Origin: Candidatus Latescibacterota bacterium
Lineage (GTDB): Bacteria > Latescibacterota > UBA2968
Length of the DNA: 64,000 nt
Direction of reading: 5' to 3'
Assembly (NCBI GenBank): GCA_965222605.1
Contig: OZ244960.1
Location: 448,001 to 512,000, forward strand
Shown: piece after piece, positions 59,203 through 64,000 of the stretch
How positions within the stretch are numbered: position 1 is the stretch's first letter
Layout: the number at the start of each line of letters is the position of its first letter
Notes under the pieces: model-generated
Database searches by the model: none
The model's input: only the letters and a program-made list of their open reading frames with translations
Told to the model about the DNA's origin: nothing
Made by a program: the position numbers and the translations under genes

Positions 59203-60480
59203 ATGAACAAAGACACCGCATTTCAAATGGGTGCCTCAAATCTGCGCTTTGGCGTGGGAACAACGCGCGAAATCGGCATGGACCTCTCAGACATGGGCCT
59301 CAAGCGCGTCCTCGTCATCACCGACCCCAACCTCGTCGATCTGCCTCCCGTTCAAACCGCGCGAGAAGCCCTCGAATCCGAAGGCATAGAATACGATTTG
59401 TTCGACCGCGTGCGCGTGGAGCCTACAGATGTCTCTTTCAAAGACGCCATCGCAGTCGCCACCGAAGGCGTTTACGAAGGCTATGTCGCCATTGGGGGCG
59501 GTTCATCTATCGACACGGCAAAAGCAGCCAATCTATTTGCGACCTATCCCGACGACTTCTTCGCCTATATCAACGCGCCCATCGGCCAGGGCAAACCCGT
59601 CCCCGGCCCTGTCAAACCCCTTTTTGCCATTCCCACCACAGCCGGCACGGGAAGCGAAACCACGGGCGTAGCCATTATGGACCTCTCCGACCGCCACGTC
59701 AAAACCGGCATTGCACACCGCTATCTCAAACCCGACCTCGCCATTGTCGATCCCGAAAATACGCGCACCATGCCGCCTTCCATCGCGGCTGCAACCGGCC
59801 TCGATGTCCTTTGCCACGCCCTCGAATCCTTCACCGCCATCCCCTATACCGAACGCCCCAGACCCAACCGCCCGATCGAACGTCCTGCCTATCAGGGCGC
59901 CAATCCCATTTCCGACATGTGGGCACTCAAAGCCATTGAAATGACCACGCAATACTTGCCCCGCGCGGTTCGCAACCCCGACGACGACGAAGCCCGCGCG
60001 CAAATGATCCTCGCCGCATCACTCGCAGGCATAGGCTTTGGCAATGCCGGCGTTCACCTCTGCCACGGCATGTCGTATCCAGTCTCAGGTATGGTGCGCG
60101 ACTTCAAACCCAAAGACATGACCACGGACCACGCCATCATCCCACACGGCATGTCTGTCGTCCTCAACGCCCCTCCCGTCTTTCGCTTCACAGGACCCGC
60201 ACGCCCAGACCGCCATCTTCGAGCTGCACAACTCATGGGTGCAGACATCTCCAACTCATCTCCCGACAAAGCGGGCCACATCCTCGCCGATCAAATCGTG
60301 GCCATGATGAAACTGCTCGAAGTGCCCAATGGCCTGTCAGCAATCGGATTCACCGAAAGCGACATCCCCGCACTCGTCGAAGGCACCCTCCCACAACACC
60401 GCGTCACCAAACTCTCACCGCGTCCCGCAGAAGCCGAAGACCTAAAAGCCCTGTTCAAAGATGCAATGGTCGCATGGTAG
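59203..60480 (+). CDS. Hydroxyacid-oxoacid transhydrogenase (Fe-ADH family)
   Basis: Motifs GGGSSIDTAKA, YINAPIGQG, PTTAGTGSE, RPAYQGANPISD and GVHLCHGMSYPV. Confidence 0.9.
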   Translation: MNKDTAFQMGASNLRFGVGTTREIGMDLSDMGLKRVLVITDPNLVDLPPVQTAREALESEGIEYDLFDRVRVEPTDVSFKDAIAVATEGVYEGYVAIGGGSSIDTAKAANLFATYPDDFFAYINAPIGQGKPVPGPVKPLFAIPTTAGTGSETTGVAIMDLSDRHVKTGIAHRYLKPDLAIVDPENTRTMPPSIAAATGLDVLCHALESFTAIPYTERPRPNRPIERPAYQGANPISDMWALKAIEMTTQYLPRAVRNPDDDEARAQMILAASLAGIGFGNAGVHLCHGMSYPVSGMVRDFKPKDMTTDHAIIPHGMSVVLNAPPVFRFTGPARPDRHLRAAQLMGADISNSSPDKAGHILADQIVAMMKLLEVPNGLSAIGFTESDIPALVEGTLPQHRVTKLSPRPAEAEDLKALFKDAMVAW

Positions 60481-60603
60481 GTCAAATGCGTAGAGCCTCA
60501 ATATCCATTTGCCATTTTTCATATCAGAATGTATGATGTGAGCATATAACTGCATCTTTTGCTCGGGCTTCGAGAACGTTGCTCACAATAGGGAGGATTT
60601 TTT

Positions 60604-62487
60604 GTGGACGCTAAACTAATCTGGCTTTTTGCTTTTGTAGGGATCTACTGGGCTTACTGCCTCTTTTGGGGTGTCAGAGGTGCCATCTCCTCACGCACAT
60701 CGACCGACTACTTCGTGGCCGGACGCACCATTGGCTTATGGGTATTTGTCCTTGCGGCCACTGCCACCAGCTTTTCCGGCTGGACCTTTGTAGGACATCC
60801 CGGCAAAATCCTCATCGATGGCTTGCCCTATGCGTTCGCCTCCTTTTACGCCCTCACAATTCCCTTTACTGGCGTGCTCTTTTTGCGCCGCCAATGGGTC
60901 GTCGGTCGGGCCTTTGAACACATTACCCCCGGCGAAATGTACTCCACCTACTACGGCGGCAATGGCATGCGCCTGCTCACGGTTCTCGTCGCCTTCCTCT
61001 TCTCAGTCCCTTATCTCGGCGTACAACTCCGCGCCTCTGGCGACCTCTTCCACGTCCTTACCGACGGCATGATCAGCATTGAAGTGGGTATGTTTGCCCT
61101 CTCTACCATAGTTATGATCTACGTCGCCTCCGGCGGTCTTCGCTCCGTTGCCTATGTTGACTGCGCCCAATGCGTCTTGCTCGCACTCGGCATTGTCATC
61201 CTCGGTGGCATCGCCATCAGCTTTGCAGGAGGCTGGGGCGGGTTTACCGATGGCCTTGCAGCCTATGTCAAACAAGACCTCGCATCGGGCCAAAAACTCA
61301 CCCCCGCCGGCCACTCAAACATCGTGGCTATGCCGGGAACTATCCAGGCCGTATCTTCAGGGGCTGAAGCACAGGGCAGTGTGTGGACCGGCATGATGTG
61401 CCTCACCTACATGTTCGCGCTCATGGGTATCCAATCCTCACCCGCCTTTTCCATGTGGTGCTTTTCCAATAAAACCAGCGAACCCTTCCGCTGGCAGCAA
61501 GTGGTGGCATCCTCTATTATCATAGGCATCATCCTTTTCACCTTCACCATCTTTCAGGGCCTTGGGGGCAATATCCTCATTGCAAACGGCATCTTTGAAT
61601 CCGCCAATGACAAAAACCTCGTCCCCCAACTCATCAACCTGCTCACCGACTCAGCGCCATGGCTCGTTGGCCTGCTCGCGGTTTGTGCCCTCGCCGCAAT
61701 GCAATCCACAGGCGCTGCCTACATGTCCACCTTCTCCGGCATGGTCACCCGCGACCTCTACAAACAATATGTCTCTCCCGACGCATCGGACAGCGTGCAA
61801 AAACTCTGTGGCCGCATCTTCGTCATCGTCGTCACTGTGGTTGCGCTATTCGTCGCCGCGCAATTCACTGGCGCCATCGTCATGCTCGGCGGCCTGGCCG
61901 TTGCCTATGGCTTCCAGATGTACCCGGCTCTCATGGGCGTGTGCTACTTTCCCTGGCTCACCCGCAAAGGCGTGGTCTGGGGCCTTATTGCCGGCCTTAT
62001 TGCCGTCACCCTGACCGATCGCACAGTGGCCTTATTCGGGCTTCCCTGGGGCGCATTTCCCCTCACCATCCACAGCGCGGGCTGGGGTATCTTTGCCAAC
62101 TTGATCATTGCCCTGCTCGTCTCAAAATTTGCCTCAGAAAACAACGGAGAACGCGAAAGCCGAAAAAAACACCACGCTTTCATCCAGGCCGTCTCTGGCC
62201 TCACCGACGACCAAAAAAAATGGGTGACACCGGCGTGGATCCTCACCGTCTTGTGGTTCCTCGTTGGATTCGGGCCTTTTGCCACCGTTGGCAACACTCT
62301 CTTTTCCGATCCCAATACCCCGGCAACCTGGGCACCCTTTGGTTTGCCCTCGCTGTGGGTCTGGCAATTCCTCATGCTGCTTTTCGGCATTTTCGTCATG
62401 TGGATGCTCGCCTTCAAAGTCGGCCTCTCCAAACCCATTCCCATCGAAGATGTGACCTCGCAACGCAAAGCGTTTTTTGCAGAATAA
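60604..62487 (+). CDS. Sodium:solute symporter family protein
   Basis: Motifs DYFVAGR, ATSFSGWTF, GGLRSVAYVD and AAMQST. About 14 TM helices. Confidence 0.92.
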   Translation: MDAKLIWLFAFVGIYWAYCLFWGVRGAISSRTSTDYFVAGRTIGLWVFVLAATATSFSGWTFVGHPGKILIDGLPYAFASFYALTIPFTGVLFLRRQWVVGRAFEHITPGEMYSTYYGGNGMRLLTVLVAFLFSVPYLGVQLRASGDLFHVLTDGMISIEVGMFALSTIVMIYVASGGLRSVAYVDCAQCVLLALGIVILGGIAISFAGGWGGFTDGLAAYVKQDLASGQKLTPAGHSNIVAMPGTIQAVSSGAEAQGSVWTGMMCLTYMFALMGIQSSPAFSMWCFSNKTSEPFRWQQVVASSIIIGIILFTFTIFQGLGGNILIANGIFESANDKNLVPQLINLLTDSAPWLVGLLAVCALAAMQSTGAAYMSTFSGMVTRDLYKQYVSPDASDSVQKLCGRIFVIVVTVVALFVAAQFTGAIVMLGGLAVAYGFQMYPALMGVCYFPWLTRKGVVWGLIAGLIAVTLTDRTVALFGLPWGAFPLTIHSAGWGIFANLIIALLVSKFASENNGERESRKKHHAFIQAVSGLTDDQKKWVTPAWILTVLWFLVGFGPFATVGNTLFSDPNTPATWAPFGLPSLWVWQFLMLLFGIFVMWMLAFKVGLSKPIPIEDVTSQRKAFFAE

Positions 62488-62517
62488 AAAAGTCCGGTGT
62501 AAAATCCACCGGACTTA
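62486..62517. terminator. Terminator between convergent genes
   Basis: AAAAAAGTCCGGTG...CACCGGACTT. Confidence 0.65.
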
Positions 62518-62564
62518 ACTCGTTGGTCTTAAAAAAAGACGACCAGACAATCGCAACTGGCAAT

Positions 62565-62960
62565 CTATTCACTAACTTTATTTTTTACAAGAGACATAAT
62601 TTTTTCAGCGACCTTCAGAGCAGAATGGGCGTCTTCACGAGATGGATCCACAAAATCTCCCGGATAGCGCACATCAACACTATAAGCCGAGAGCTCTGCA
62701 CACGCTTCCCGAAAGCATGCCAGTTTCGCCAGTAAATCAATTGACATATCCAACAACGCAATCACATCATGGGTGTAGGGAAATACAATGCCATTCGCTG
62801 TCAACAGTGCTTTTAGAGACTTTTCAACTGCCTGCTGGGCATGAAAACACGGCGTGTCGGTTGGACCATCTTCTAATGCCAGGGTTTGCCGCGCCGTGAT
62901 CACATCGTTTTCAGCTTTTTTAAGCCACTGGCGTGCAAACTCGGTCTGGGGATCGTTCAT
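62565..62960 (-). CDS. HEPN domain protein (MNT-HEPN pair)
   Basis: Motifs WLKKAEND, CFHAQQAVEKSLKA, THD and RYP. Confidence 0.9.
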   Translation of the reverse strand: MNDPQTEFARQWLKKAENDVITARQTLALEDGPTDTPCFHAQQAVEKSLKALLTANGIVFPYTHDVIALLDMSIDLLAKLACFREACAELSAYSVDVRYPGDFVDPSREDAHSALKVAEKIMSLVKNKVSE

Positions 62961-63294
62961 ACAGTATTTTTCCCGTTGCCATTACATGTGTCACAATGTG
63001 ATTGACCACTCCTGAACAGCTTTCGACTTCCTGCGGTGTGTAAACCAGAATATCCAGAGGACAAGGAGCCGGTGAAAACAACAGACGAATTTTTGCGGAT
63101 CGTTTATGACGGGGCAGATTCGACTCGACAATCACAAATAAATCCAAATCGCTATCTGTGGCAGGCGTTCCCGTGACATAGGATCCAAATAAAATAACTT
63201 GCAATGGATTGACATGATCCACGATTTTTTGCACAATCTGATCGATGATTGCTTCAGAAATGATAGTGTCTGTTGTATCTAAAAAATGTGCCAT
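62920..63294 (-). CDS. Minimal nucleotidyltransferase (MNT)
   Basis: Motifs ILFGS...DSDLDL and DILVYTP. Confidence 0.88.
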   Translation of the reverse strand: MAHFLDTTDTIISEAIIDQIVQKIVDHVNPLQVILFGSYVTGTPATDSDLDLFVIVESNLPRHKRSAKIRLLFSPAPCPLDILVYTPQEVESCSGVVNHIVTHVMATGKILYERSPDRVCTPVA

Positions 63295-63447
63295 CAGGCC
63301 GTCCCTTATTCCACAAATGAGCATGATCTTTCGAGCAATATAGCCCGAATCCAAAGGGGTGTCAACAAACGCAATCTCGGAAGGACACTCAGAATGAAGG
63401 TACCACGACAAAAACCCAGGCCATTTTATATCGCCACTGCAAACGCC

Positions 63448-64000
63448 TCACGCCCAAAAATCATCATCGAACCACACCCCAAAGCCCGGTCCCCCACCCG
63501 GCGCGATTTTGCCATCCATCACTTGCGGCTGATCGCGCACCCACCCCATCCACGGGCGTCCACTTTCAGCCAGCGGATCGGGATCGAGTGCGACAATCGC
63601 GTGCAGCGCCCACACCTCTCCCCCGCGATGTGGACACACCTCGACATCGTAATCCTTCGCCAACCCGTAAATTTTCACTAACTCTGTCAACCCACCGCAC
63701 CAGCACACATCGGGTTGATAAATAGCATGTAATCCCCGCCGCATCAGTGCCTCAAATCCACGCGCCGTATATTCGTGCTCGCCACTCGCAATGGGAATAG
63801 GACTCTCGCGCATCAACCGCTCATAGCCCTCAAAATCCTCTGGCAAAAGCGGCTCTTCCAACCACGCCAAATTGAACTTGGCCAACCTCTCAGCAGCGCG
63901 CAACGTGCCCTCCAAATCCCACCCCATTGACGCATCGCACATCAACTGAATATCGGCACCCACAACTGCTCGCACATCCGCAAAAAAATCGGCTATCGCA
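63448..64000 (-). CDS. Mandelate racemase/enolase superfamily dehydratase, 5' end outside the window
   Basis: Motifs LMCD, WLEEPL, IASGEHE, QPD, PH and PGFG. Confidence 0.88.
   Translation of the reverse strand, partial: AIADFFADVRAVVGADIQLMCDASMGWDLEGTLRAAERLAKFNLAWLEEPLLPEDFEGYERLMRESPIPIASGEHEYTARGFEALMRRGLHAIYQPDVCWCGGLTELVKIYGLAKDYDVEVCPHRGGEVWALHAIVALDPDPLAESGRPWMGWVRDQPQVMDGKIAPGGGPGFGVWFDDDFWA

Noticed and set aside
62565-63294. MNT-HEPN pair as a novel system
   Set aside because: A widespread, already described module.

Overview
Bacterial genomic window of about 50% GC. The content suggests a host-associated lineage such as a sponge-symbiont Latescibacterota/Gemmatimonadota relative; this is inference from the eukaryote-like repeat proteins, dockerin-like EF-hand modules, sulfatases and PhyH. 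(1) 1-19.7 kb is an accessory island. It holds a family of secreted proteins sharing an N-terminal helical module fused to MORN-like or ankyrin repeats, an IS1380 element disrupting an MbcA/ParS-type antitoxin, FRG and HEPN-like proteins, a membrane patatin, an EF-hand/LRR/FG-GAP protein and a PemK operon. (2) 19.8-36.3 kb is core-like: nrdR with tandem NrdR boxes, a tetraheme cytochrome c, tRNA-His and tRNA-Arg, TetR, an HD hydrolase, an M23 peptidase, a propeller-DUF898 fusion with an M48 protease, and two sulfatases. (3) 36.4-48.7 kb is a type I restriction-modification locus loaded with cargo. Its most notable part is a tandem array of diversified RelE/HigB-like toxin-antitoxin pairs whose last antitoxin is fused in frame to HsdS, followed by an AT-rich membrane protein plus MBL hydrolase pair. 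(4) 48.7-64 kb carries PhyH, Fic, an SDR, a tnpB-only IS200/IS605 element inserted exactly at an ATGA start codon, a sugar ABC operon with a frameshifted ATPase, HOT, an SSS transporter, an MNT-HEPN pair and a partial enolase-superfamily gene. All product calls come from motif recognition by eye; no database searches were run.
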